A DNA stretch of 64,000 nt from Mustelus asterias (Eukaryota). A model generated the notes under the pieces. It was not told the DNA's origin. It made no database searches and saw nothing but the letters and a program-made list of their open reading frames with translations. Both the position numbers and the translations under genes were made by a program. The stretch spans positions 118,110,001-118,174,000 of the forward strand of contig NC_135802.1 in NCBI RefSeq assembly GCF_964213995.1. Direction: 5' to 3'. Below are positions 52,326 to 64,000 of the stretch, in pieces; the first letter of the stretch is position 1; each line of letters opens with the position of its first letter.

Positions 52326-55300
52326 TTTTTTTTTCATTTGTGGGACATGGGCGTCACTGGCTGCCCATCCCTAGTTGCCCTTGAGAAGGTGGTGGTGAGC
52401 TGCCGCCTTGAATCGCTGTAGTCCATGATCTGTGGGTTGACCAACAATGCAGTTAGGGAGGGAATTCCAGGATTTTGACCCAGCGACTGTGAAGGAATGG
52501 TCATATATTTCCAAGTCAGGATGCTGAGTAGCTTAGAGAGGAACTTGCAAGTGGTGGTGTTCCCATGTATCTGCTGCCCTTGTCCTTCTAGATGGAAGTG
52601 GTCGTGGGTTTGGAAGATGCTGTCTAAGGATCTTTAGTGAATTGCTACAGTGCATCTTGTAGATTGTGCACACTGCTGCTACTGAGTGCTGGAGGGAATG
52701 GCACGGTGACGCAGTGGTTAGCACTGCTGAATCACAGCGCCAGGGACCCAGGTTCAATTCCGACTTCGGGTCACTGTTTGGAGTTCGCACATTCTCCCCG
52801 TGCCTGCGTGGGTTTCCTCCGGGTGCTCCAGTTTCCTCCCACAGTACAAAGATGTGCAGGTTAGGTGATTGACCATGCTAAATTGACCTTGGTGTCAGGG
52901 AATTATGGGGTTACGGGGAATAGGGCCTGGGTGGGATTGTGGTCGGTGCAGACTCAATGGGCTGAATGGCCTCCTTCTGCACTGTAGGGATTCTATGAGT
53001 GGATGTTTGTAGATATGGTGCCAATCAAGTAGGCTTCTTTGTCATGGGTGGTGTCAAGCTTCTTGGGTGTTGTTGGAACTACACCATCCAGGAAAGTGGG
53101 GAGTATTCCATCACACTCCTGATTTGTACCTTGTAGATGGTGAAGGCTTTGGGGAGTCAGGAGGTGAGTTACATGCCACAGTATTCCTAGCCTCTGACCT
53201 GCTGTTGTAGCCACTGTTGAGTTTCTGGTCAATGGTAACCCCAAGGATGTTGACAGTGGGGGATTCAGTGATGGTAACACCATTGAATGCCAGGGGGTGG
53301 TGGTTAGAGTGTCTTTTATTGGTGATGGTCTTTGTGTGGCGTGAATGTTACTTGCCACTTGTCAGCCGAAGACTGGATATTGTCCAAATCCTTTTGCCTC
53401 TGAGCATGAACTGCTTCAGTGTCTGAGGAGTCGTGAATGGTGCTGAACATTGTGCAATCGTCGGCGAACATCCCCACTTCTGACCTTATGGTGGAGGGAA
53501 GATCATTGATGAAGCAGCTGAAAATGGTTGGGCCTAGGACACTACCCTGAGGAACTGCTGCAGGGATGTCCTGGAGCTGATATCATTGACTCTCCACAAC
53601 TATCTTCCGATGTACCAGGTATGCTTGCAACCAGTGGTGAGTTTGCCTCCGATACGCATTGATTCCAATTTTATTAGGGCTCCTTGTTGCCACACTGGGT
53701 CGAGTGCGGCCTTGTTGTCAAGAGCTGTCACACTCACTTCACATTGGGAATTCAGTTCTTTCATCCATGTTTGAACCAAGGCTGTAATGAGGTCAAGAGC
53801 TGAGTGACCCTGGTGAAACCCAAATTGGACATCTCTGAGCAGGTGCTGCTTGATAGCACAGTTGTTGACCTGTTCCATCACTTTATTGATGATTGAGAGT
53901 AGACTGGGTGATAATTGACTGCATTGGATTTGTCCTGGTTTTTGTGCACAGGACATACCTGGGCAATTTTCCACTTTGTTGGGTAGATGCCAGTGTTGTA
54001 ACTGGGCTGGAAGAGCTTGGGCTAGAGGAGCAGCAGGTTCTGGAGCACAAGTCTTCAGTACTATTGCTGGAGTGTCATCAGGGCCCATTGACTTTGCAGT
54101 ATCCAGTGCCTCCAACCATTTCTTGATATATGGAGTAAATCAAATTGGCTGGAGACTGGCATCTGAGATGTTGGGGACCACTGGAGGAGGCCAAGATGGA
54201 TCATCCACTTGGCACTTGTGGCTGAAGATTGCTGCGAATGCTTCAGCCTTATCTTTTGCACTATGTGCTGGGCTTCTCCACAATTGAGGTTGGGGATATT
54301 TGTGAAGCCTCCTCCACCAGTGAGTTGTTTAATTGTCCACCACCATTTATGAGGGATGTGGCAGGACTGCAGAGCTTAGATCTGATCCGTTGGTTGTGGG
54401 ATCGCTTAGTTCTGTCTATCACTTGCTGTTTATACCATTTAGCATGCAAGTAGTCCTGTTTTGTAGCTTCACCAGGTTGACACGTCATTTTTAGGTATGC
54501 CTGGTGCTGCTTCTGGCATGCCCTCCTGCACTCTCCATTGAGCCAGGGTTGATCCCCTGGCTTGATGGTAATGGTTGAGTGGGGATTATGCTGGGCCATG
54601 AGGTTGCAGATTGTGCTGGAGTACAGTTCCACTGCTGTTGATGGTGCACAGCCATCATTTGAAGTGCACACCAACTTGTTAAGATGCTAAGACTACTTGA
54701 AGAAACGAGCTATTATACTTCGGTGAAGATCTAAAGCAGAAGTCATCTTGCAACAATTCCTTATAGGAACTTGATGTGTGAAATATTGTCTGCTATATAC
54801 TTTATAGTACTTGGAAAGTACTATGGATGCCCAGTCTTGAGTTGCTAGATCTATTCGAAGTCTGTTCCATTTAGCATGGTGATAGTGCCACACAACACGA
54901 TGGGGGTTATTTCCAGTGTGAAGGCGTGAGTTCGTCTCCACAAGGACTGCGTGGTGGTCACTGTTACCAATACTGTCATAGAAAGGTGCATCTCCAGCTG
55001 GCAGATTTGTAAGATGAGGTCAAGTATGTTATTTCCTCTTGGTTCCTTCACCACCTGCTGCAGACCCAGTCTAGTAGTTATATCCTTTAGGACCTGACCA
55101 GCTCGATCAGTAGTGCTGCTGCTGAGCCACTCTTGGTGATCGACATTGAAATCCCCCACCCAGAGTACATTTTCCACCCATGCCACCCTCAGCTTCCTAT
55201 AAGTGTTGTTCAACATGGAAGAGTACTTCATCAGCTGAAGGAGGACGGTACGTGGTAACCAGTAGGATGTTTCCTTGCCCATGTTTAACCTGAAGCCATG

Positions 55301-56324
55301 AGACTTCATGGGGTCCAGAGTCAATGTTAAGCACTCCCAGGGCAATTCTCTCCTGACTATATACCACTGTACCTCCACCTCTGCTGGGTCTGTCCTGCCG
55401 GTGGGACAGGACATAACCAGGGCTGGGAATGGTGGTGTCTGGGTTGTTATCTGTATGATTCCGTGAGAATGACTATGTCAGGCTTGACTAGCCTGTGAGA
55501 CAGCTCTCCCAATTTTGGCACTAGCCTCCAGATGTTTGTAAGGAGGACTTTGCAGGGTCGACAGGGCTTTTTTGTTTTGCCATTATCTTTTCCGGTGCTT
55601 AGGTTGATGTCAGGAGGTCAGTCCGGTTTCATTTCTTTGTTGAGACGTTGCACTGATTGATACAACTGAGTGGCTTGGTGGGCCATTTCAGAGGCCAGTT
55701 GAGAGTCAACCACATTGCTATGGCTCTGGGGTTACATGTAGGCCAGACCAGGTAATGATGGCAGATTTCCTACCCCAAAGGACATTAGGGCAGCATGGTA
55801 GCACAGTGGTTAGCACTGCTGCTTCACAGCTCCAGGGACCTGGGTTCGATTCCCGGCTCGGGTCACTGTCTGTGTGGAGTTTGCACATTCTCCTCATGTC
55901 TGCGTGGGTTTCCTCCGGGTGCTCCGGTTTCCTCCCACAGTCCAAAGGTGTGCGGGTTAGGTTGATTGACCGTGCTAAAGATTGCCCCTTAGTGTCCTGA
56001 GATGCGCAGGTTAGAGGGATTAGCAGGTGAATATGGGGGTAGAGCCTGGGTGGGATTGTGGTCAGTACAGACTCGATGGGCCAAATGGCCTCTTTCTGTA
56101 CTGTAGGGTTTCTATGATTTCTATGATAGTGAACCAGATCGGTTTTTCTGACAATTGACAATGGTTTCATGGTCATTTGTCGACTCTTAATTCCAGACTC
56201 TTTTTTTAACTGAATTCAAATTCCACTACCTGCTGTGGTGGGATTCAAACCCGGGTCCCCAAACAATCAACTGAGTTTCTGGAATAATAGTCCAGCGATA
56301 ATACCACTAGGCCATCGCCTCCCC
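52326..56324 (-). mobile_element. Near full-length decayed APE-RT LINE with a tRNA-derived 5' head and no ORF1; HE1 SINEs inserted at 52698-52997 and 55787-56127 (+)
   Basis: Head GGGGAGGCGATGGCCTAGTGG...GGTTTGAATCC; VLWVGDFNV, NILDLIL, LKTCAPE, QFGFHQGHS, ALDNKAA, atgttcgccgacgat (FADD); A-tail at 52326-52334. Confidence 0.9.
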
Positions 56325-56979
56325 TCTGATCTGGTGAAGCCACAAAAGGCACTATAAAAACACAGGTGCTTTAGTTTCAAATTGTAATTTATTTATATAA
56401 ATAAAGTATTTATTTATATTAAACCAAACAAAAATAAACTTAAAACATGCAAAATAAGTTTAATACATACTGAAAGTTTTGAAGAAAAAAGGGGTGGAAC
56501 AGAGCAAGCCAAAATGTGCTTGATAGTGCCACCTGGTGCCCGCATGGTATAATTAGTATGGCAAGTTTATGTGTGGAGATTTTTAAAGACGCTAGGAATT
56601 TCTTTTTACAACTGCAAAGAGATCAGTATGTATATGATTAGAACTATTTGGCCATGTAAGATATTATACATAGAGTTAAGAATAAATTGAATTTGAATTC
56701 TAGTCCCTGTGGTGTAAGTGCAACACAAAACCAATTATTTGATTGCAATGCAAAATTTCAATAACCAGAAGATTGGGTTGTTTGAACTATAAATGTCATT
56801 AAGATACAGTAGGAGTAACAATTCAGATTGCCTCGCCTCAATCCAACTGGAGCTTTATGCATCATCTAAGGCATGCTAGCACCAGATGAAATAAGTACTC
56901 AAAACAAAGAAAAGAAATTTGTAAAAAGAAATGTAGACATGTCAATATCAAAGGTCACTAATGCATTTTTAAATTTTAT

Positions 56980-57912
56980 TTTTGATAAGGGGCTGAAGGG
57001 TAGATCAGTAAATTTGCTGATGACACCAAGATTGGTGGAGTAGTGGATGAGGTGGAGGGCTGTTGTAGGCTGCAAAGAGATATAGATAGGATGCAGAGCT
57101 GGGCTGAAAAATGGCAAATGGAGTTTAACCCTGACAAATGCGAGGTGATTCAATTTGGTAGGACAAATTTAAATGTGGATTACAGGGTCAAAGGTAGGGT
57201 TCTGAAGAATGTGGAGGAACAGAGAGATCTTGGGGTTCATATCCACAGATCTCTGAAGGTTGCCACTCAAGTGGATAAAGCCGTGAAGAAGGCCTATAGT
57301 GTGTTAGCTTTTATTAACAGGGGATTTGAGTTTAAGAGCCGTGGGGTTATGCTGCAGCTGTACAGGACCTTGGTGAGACCACATTTGGAATATTGTGTGC
57401 AGTTCTGGTCACCTCACTATAAGAAGGATGTGGAGACACTGGAAAGAGTGCAAAGGAGATTTACCAGGATGCTGCCTGGTTTGGAGGGTAGGTCTTATGA
57501 GGAAAGGTTGAGGGAGCTAGGGCTTTTCTCTTTAGAGCGGAGGAGGTTGAGAGGAGACTTGATAGAGGTTTATAAGATGATGAGGGGGATAGATAGAGTG
57601 AACGTTCAAAGACTATTTCCTCGGGTGAATGGAGTGGTAACTAGGGGGCATAACTATAGGGTTCATGGTGGGAGATATAGGAAGGATATCAGAGGTAGGT
57701 TTTTTACTCAGAGAGTGGTTGGGGTGTGGAATGGACTGCCTGCAGTGATAGTGGAGTCAGAAACTTTAGAAACATTTAAGAAGCTATTGGACAGGCACAT
57801 GGAGTACTTCGGGATGATAGGGAGGAAATAGCTTGATCTGGGTTTCAGACAAAGCTTGGCACAACAACATGGGCCGAAGGGCCTGTTCTGTGCTGTACTG
57901 TTCTATGTTCTA
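56980..57912 (+). mobile_element. 5'-truncated CR1 LINE with an open 262-aa C-terminal frame
   Basis: tttgctgatgacacc, WQMEFNPDKCEV, RPHLEYCVQFWSP, TRGH; ttctatgttct tail. Confidence 0.95.
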
Positions 57913-58349
57913 ACTATGTTACTTTTTTATGATTATGTAGTCATTAGTCTGTCTTATTTGTATAAACTTAGATGGTTAATAGATATACAAACATTACAAT
58001 GTCTGGCTATCATGTGCAGTACCTACTATAAACTAACAGCAAAAGTTCTTGAGGCGTCAAGTGAATACCCATCCCAAATCCCAGGATTAGATATTTTCAT
58101 TGATGTGGGAGTGGCAGCAGCCCAGATTGTTGCCACTAACCCATGTCTCAGTTGGTTGAAGTAGGAGCTAGTGGTAACAGCAGGAAGGGGAACAAACTGT
58201 TCTAGTTGAAGATAAGCCACAGAGACACAAATAACTTGCATTATGAAACTGGCATTTTTTTTTAAAATACACTTTTGCCAGAATCTGGCCCTTTATAGAG
58301 TCAAGCTTTGAACTGGGCAGTATAGATGGGAATGGTATGATTTCTTCCT

Positions 58350-58660
58350 TTCTCATTCTTGAGAAGTCAGCATCACTGGCAGTATTGGAATTTATTGCTC
58401 GTCTCTGGTTCCCCTGGGAAGGCGTTGGTGGGCTACCGTTATTCTTAGAAGTAGTTTGATGCAACTAAGTGACATGCTGAACCACTTCACCTGGTGAGGC
58501 TGGAGTCACATACCAGGGAAGGACAGAAGGTTTCCCTTCCATAAACAGCATTAGCTATTGAGTTTTTGTAGTACTCCAGCAACTTAATGAATTTTAATTC
58601 TAAAACTGAAATTTTAACTTGCAGTCACTGGATTCTTAGTCCAGACCTCTGGATCACTAA
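58350..58660 (-). mobile_element. Old short head+tail derivative of the tRNA-headed LINE family
   Basis: Within ~300 bp: tail-like atttattgctcgtctctggttcccctgggaagg, 5' UTR-like ctggagtcacat and tttcccttccataaacagcattag, head-like ctggattcttagtccag. Confidence 0.5.
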
Positions 58661-58667
58661 AGCATAA

Positions 58668-58948
58668 TGGGTGGCACAATGGTTAGCAATGCTGCCTCAA
58701 AGCGCCAGGGACCCGGGTTTGATTCCAACCCTTGGTGGCTGTCTGTGGGGAATTTACACTTTCTCCCCGTGTCTACATGGATTTCCTCCCACAGCCCAAG
58801 GATGTGCAGTTTAAGTGGATTAGCCATGGTTAATGCATGGGGTTATGGGGATAGGGTGGGGAGTGGTCCTGGGTAAGATGCTCTTCCAGAGAATCAGTGC
58901 AGGCTCAATGGACTGAATGGTCTCCTTGTGCATTGCTGGGATTCTATG
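58668..58948 (+). mobile_element. HE1-type V-SINE (older)
   Basis: Head, partial V-domain and CR1-like tail. Confidence 0.85.
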
Positions 58949-59361
58949 GATCTGTACCTACTGATATACCTGGACTGTGATAATTCCAGTTAGTGCTGGC
59001 CTTTCCAGTGATATTCACATTTACGAAATGAATAAAAACAAGAGTATCATAACTACACAACCATAATCTTCTGCTGACAATGTAATTCTTCCTATTCTGA
59101 TAACATCCACATGGAAGGGATGGTGGATGCAAGAAATTTCTTCCCCAATTGATGGTAGAATTTGCCAACATCCACAATGATAGGGCCCCTTTGCCAAGCC
59201 AAATATGCTACTTTTTCTTCTCTCCACGTCCAGCCCAAAAATGTTTGAGGTCTAGGGATGTAAAAAATCTTGGGATGTAATACTTCCTGCCACTGTTTGG
59301 TATGGTAGTTAGGAGAAAAAATAGAGAATTCATAATAACATGTTTATTTTTCTAACTTCAG

Positions 59362-59555
59362 TGGACTTCTGCACGTTTTCATGTATGAATCCTGATTATG
59401 CTGAAGAGTATCTTTACCTGGACCAGATGATGGGTTTTACAGGCTGCATGGAAAACCAACTTGCTCCTACTGCGAATGGATTTTGCACAGACTTCTCACC
59501 TGATGACCAAGAGGAGGGAAAAGATGATAGCACCTTGGATAAAAAGCTTAACTAA
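59362..59555 (+). CDS. LPCAT1: LPCAT1 last coding exon, ...AEEYLY...NGFCTDFSP...DKKLN*; C-terminal KKxx ER-retrieval motif
   Basis: aacttcag acceptor; TAA stop at 59553-59555; NGFCxDFSP and KKLx match the recalled LPCAT1 C-terminus. Confidence 0.95.
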
Positions 59556-62500
59556 CTCCTTGGGTATGTTCCTTCTCCTGGTGAGAGGGGTGGACCAATT
59601 TAAGGCACACACATTACTTCTGTTGACCTGACTAAATATCCTTTCCTGTATGAACTTACTGCCATTTTTCTCTATTCATCATCTCTCCAGTATAATCTGA
59701 GTTGAGCTTGGTTTTTAAACAAAAATTCAAATGATGTTGGAAGCCAAGATTGTGAAAATACTTATTATTTGTACTTGTACTTGAAGGGAACCAAGCACCT
59801 ATTCATTCCATTTTCATATTTATGGTATATGTGTTATGGTGACTATGCATGTTTAAAACTTGTAGCTGCAATTGTGCTAGCGCATTTTTTGTTTTTATCA
59901 TTTCCAGTCCATTTATCTTGCATCTGCTTAATTTTACCACAAAGCAGCTTTTGAAAAAGATGTTTGCAGAAGATGAGAGTATCATATTTTCCTACCAATG
60001 TTACAGTGTAACAAACCTTTTTGGCGTGGTGCGGTCTGTTCTCTAATGATGTGCTAAGTAGGATACTGTTGCTTACTTAATATTTTAAGCATCATCACTG
60101 CTCCTTGCTCTTGCTGTAATAACTGGAGAGAGGAAACTGTTTCTAATATGAATGAAGTATAAAGAACATGAGGGTATGCATTAGTGTTCAGATTAACATT
60201 TGACTAATTTTCTGTATGTAACTTCATTGTAACCCCAGGTTTTTTCCCATTATAATTGCATAGGAATTATTTTTAAAGTCTTGCTTTGCTATTTTTAGTG
60301 TACCATAAAGCAAATTAACTTGAAAGGAACAAGAAAATAAGTATTATAATGGGCCAATAAGCAGATGACATATGAAGCAAATTAGATTTCAAAATTTTGA
60401 ATACAGTGATCCATGCCAAAGGCTGAACAGTTTGTGCAGTCTGTGAAAATAGCCACCCTGTCTGTAACTTGGGAAGGCAAAGTTATTTCTCTGATTCTAA
60501 AATAGGATGGAATTTTCTATCAATATATGAACCATTGATGTGTGTGCTAGCCATGAATATTGCATAGTGCATTCACATTCTGGCTTATTGTATGAATACA
60601 TATCTAATCATAGTGTAGGATTACCTATGTTGATTTTTTCAAAACATTTAAACCTATAAAAGGGAAACAATAAGAAATAATATCTCTGCCAACTTGAAAA
60701 GGAAGGGACAGTACAGGTTATACAGTAGAGGTGGAAATCTTGGACATTACTTTTTTTTGTAAAAGACTAAATAGAAATTCCATAAAGTACTTTGCCAGGC
60801 CACACAAAATTAACTCAAAGGAAATTGGAATAATATTTTATATCTAGCTGGTGCTCATTCATGTTCTGTCATGTAGCTAATTCTGCTGAAAGTAACTTCA
60901 CACATTATGGCTGGAATCCTAATGTTTCCCATGGTAATGTCTAGAATGACCATTAATATTGCAATTCCTGAGCGATCTGTATTTATGTGGCTATATGATT
61001 GACTTGCAGCTAACAGCCACAAAGAATAATAGGTAAGGATGCTGCATGTATAATGGGTGGAACTTTCATTAAAATGTTTGACTCGCAAGATTTCATCCCA
61101 CACATTCTCAGATTATTCCACTGAGGATTGGACGCATCATAATTATTGCTATTTCAACTTGGGAAGCAGGTAGGACATATGATCTGCATCAAAAAATCAT
61201 CCTTAGTCTGGTAAATTGTTGTTATTGAGATGCAGTGGAAATTCATATAGCTGGATCAGTGTTGAATTGATGCACATTACTGACAGGGTTGGTTCCCATT
61301 TACCTCTTATTACAATTGTTCAGTGTTGGGCGATGGTCATAAGTCTTGAGTATTGTAGATTGAGCACTACTGCCAGAGAAAATCGGATCATCTGGGGATG
61401 CTGATGTTTCTGCTTTTCGCCAGCAAGAAGATGGAATAAATGTACTGAAAGTGTGTAGTTTATATGTTTTTCTTGTTCCTTTGAAGAGAGTGAGTGAGAG
61501 GGAGGAGCAATTAGACTGTCAAGTTATAAAATGGAGAAAAGTGGTTTCCAACAGGGGGAGGACAGAAATTGAACTTTTCCCCTTTAAAGGTGTTTGGTCT
61601 TGTCAAAACAAGAGACAGTTAAGAAAAGTTTGTTTGCCTTGTAGCGTCTGAAGTTAAATGGCTGGAAACATAGTGTATGTTTGTAAGCAAAATTATAATT
61701 CATCTATGTCTGAATTCTGTTAAAATGGTGAGGGCACAGGAGTACAGGAAGCCTTCATTTTGCCCATACAGATTGATTTTACACATCCACTCCCATTATT
61801 GAGTGTGAAATAAATGTCCTAAGTAACTCTGCCACTTTACATTAGTTAGCTTCTTAGTTTTTTTTGCCCATGGTGCAATTTTATTCAATGGATCTATATG
61901 TAAACAGTGTTTGAAAAATATTACTACACTGCTTTAGGAGTGGTAACATGGCATTGTGTTGACTTTTAAGCTATTGTCCGCTCTTTATCTCGAAGTATTA
62001 TAATTGCAGTTGTTGGCTCTACCCTTTTGGCTGAATGATGGTGTATAATAATAGATACCCTGAAGCCAATGAATGGGACACCTACAGCTGGACTTGCTTA
62101 AGTGTCTTAACTTGCTATCAGTCTAAAGTCTTCGTATTTAACATGGAACTTGAGTAAGTTAATGCTGAGTAAGGACAGTTAACTGAGAATTATGCTGAAG
62201 CTCATTATTTAAAACAATTGTGCATTTTAAATTTTGGATAACATCACAGAGGAACAATATAAGTTAGTTGACAGAATATTGTTTGATGTATTCTAAAAGG
62301 CACCTTTTTGTTGAACACATGTTGGATGATATGAAGCATTTATTGATGAACATCCAGCAGTGTTAACATGACCATTGACTTAATCAGGAAAATTTTCAAA
62401 CTGAAGTGAGAAAAAACAAAATTGTGGATACTGTGATGAAATACATTAGCATAATCCTGCTGAATAATACACATTGGCACTGCCACTTGTATAATCAAAT

Positions 62501-63660
62501 TGTCTTCAAAATTAATTGCGACTGTGGCATAATTGTGATATTTTTTAGAGTTAATATATGCATGTAAATCCTTCCATGTGAATACTGGTGAATTAGAACA
62601 AAAGTTAATAAATCTCGGTACTGTACACATCGTATTCAGTGTTGAAGATGTTGAACTTGAGATTCTTTTTCCAATCGGGTTTGTGGCTTACAGAAAAAAA
62701 TACACTCCAGCACAATATGTAATGAGCCTCAATGAGGATTACAGTGCAATGAGAAGAGTTTGGACTTGTCCAAATTTTGTGGATAATTCCAGATAAATCA
62801 TTAATTGTTTTTGCGATATTCTTTGAAAAGTATTGTACTCTGAGGACTTTTTGACTTTATTTTGTATGTATATCTTACTGAACAGCTATTTCCAATTCCC
62901 CTTTTATATGTTTCAACAAAAGGTGACTGCATCACATGATTTTGAAACCTGGGATCAGTACAATTTCACTTCAGTGAGAATGAATGTTTTCAATCATGAT
63001 TTAGAAAACTATGTATGTAACATAAGAAATTCTGGGAAGGTTGGGCATTGTGTATTATGAAAACTGGTCACTATCAACACCGAGAACTCAAGATTTACAT
63101 TCAACGTACACCATGATTGAGATTGTTGGGATTATAGTTAAAAGGAGATAAATTACCTGTTTTTGAATTAACTTCTTCAAGTGACTGCATAAATATAAAT
63201 CATGTCAGCATTTACAGATGTCTAGTTACAGTGTTTTAACTGCATAACATGTAAATGAAACATTAATAACATTTACAGCATCAGTATGTAACTCCATTAT
63301 CTGACATAGGTCACATTGGGTTTTGTAAGCTTTTTAATGTGTATACTTCTATCAAAAAAATACCTCAGTAGGCACGCTATCCTTGGTTGTCTTTCAAAGG
63401 ATTCATGAAATGTGCAGAAGGCTGCTTTTTTACTACCTGTTTACTGCTGTATTTTACATTTACTTTGAACAAAATTGGACATGTTACTTAAAGTTTCATG
63501 ATGGATTATGTATGGAAATCTGTTGCAATAACTGATCATATTTTTTCAAGTTTTCTTTGTACATAAAGGGATTACTGCTCAAACTTGCATTGGACTTTGT
63601 GTTTCACAGTGAAATTATTTGAGTTGTCTGTATGAATAAACATCAATAAGAATTGTGTTT
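59556..63660 (+). other. Putative long 3' UTR of LPCAT1
   Basis: AT-rich unique sequence with no recognisable repeats; ends at AATAAA followed by a GT/T-rich tract. Confidence 0.55.
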
Positions 63661-63665
63661 TTTTG
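63635..63665 (+). terminator. Candidate polyadenylation signal with downstream GU/U-rich element
   Basis: AATAAA at 63635-63640, then catcaataagaattgtgttttttttg; other AATAAA at 61435, 61809 and 62607 have a less clear downstream element. Confidence 0.55.
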
Positions 63666-64000
63666 CTAATGGGTTATTGGGCACAAAACAAAATAATTAC
63701 ATAATGATTTTTTAACTTCAGAAACCTGTGCATCCAGATTTGCCCCTGCAAGATGCACACCAAAAATGCGCTAAATAAATGGAATAGTCTCAAGTATTTT
63801 GCCATGATGTCTATCTTTGCCCTGCTAATAAAACATTTTTGAGGTGGACAAATTTTGACTTCCTTTTGTTGTCTCCGATTAAACAACAAAATTGCCTTAA
63901 ACCCCCTATCTAGTGCTCAGCCCAAGTCTACGCAAATTCTGCTGATGGGTAGGGCATTTGAATGGTCAATACAATCCTAACACAAAAGCGACTGAATCCA

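Noticed and set aside
56235-56324. Possible tRNA gene (also at V-SINE heads)
   Set aside because: No proper acceptor stem or Pol III terminator, and it is continuous with retroelement body sequence.
956-59555. LPCAT2 or LPCAT4 instead of LPCAT1
   Set aside because: TDYTFEDCQL, DTCLLEFA, ALSVV.RP.KT, CILKTALGV, AEEYLY and NGFC.DFSP..KKL all match recalled LPCAT1.
59769-63889. Short ORFs downstream of the LPCAT1 stop
   Set aside because: 60-96 aa AT-rich frames with no motifs, as expected by chance.
1-64000. CRISPR arrays, rRNA or prokaryotic operons
   Set aside because: No regularly spaced direct repeats or rRNA-like sequence; the window is spliced vertebrate DNA.

Overview
Eukaryotic, AT-rich vertebrate genomic DNA. 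The repeat content (HE1-type V-SINEs, HER1/CR1 LINEs, DeuSINE, Rex1, Penelope) points to a cartilaginous fish such as a shark. The only host gene is the 3' part of LPCAT1 (lysophosphatidylcholine acyltransferase 1) on the + strand. It has nine GT-AG coding exons (956-59555; 944 nt, one continuous frame after splicing), ends in the KKLN ER-retrieval signal, and is followed by a ~4 kb repeat-poor putative 3' UTR. The 5' exons lie outside the window. The introns are filled with nested, mostly decayed retroelements, and nearly all six-frame ORFs are repeat fragments or noise. Most notable observations: (1) an APE-RT LINE family with no ORF1 that starts with a tRNA-derived A/B-box head, plus short head+tail derivatives; (2) a ~405 bp element of two outward-facing inverted arms, each with CCAAT/TATA-like motifs and a minimal hammerhead-ribozyme motif, plus other Penelope-linked hammerheads; (3) V-SINEs with two alternative LINE tails (CR1-type vs Rex1-type); (4) three local inverted duplications; (5) four co-oriented CTCF-like motifs; (6) a canonical EF-hand loop in this LPCAT1. 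Repeat boundaries are approximate, and family names come from motif recognition, not database searches.
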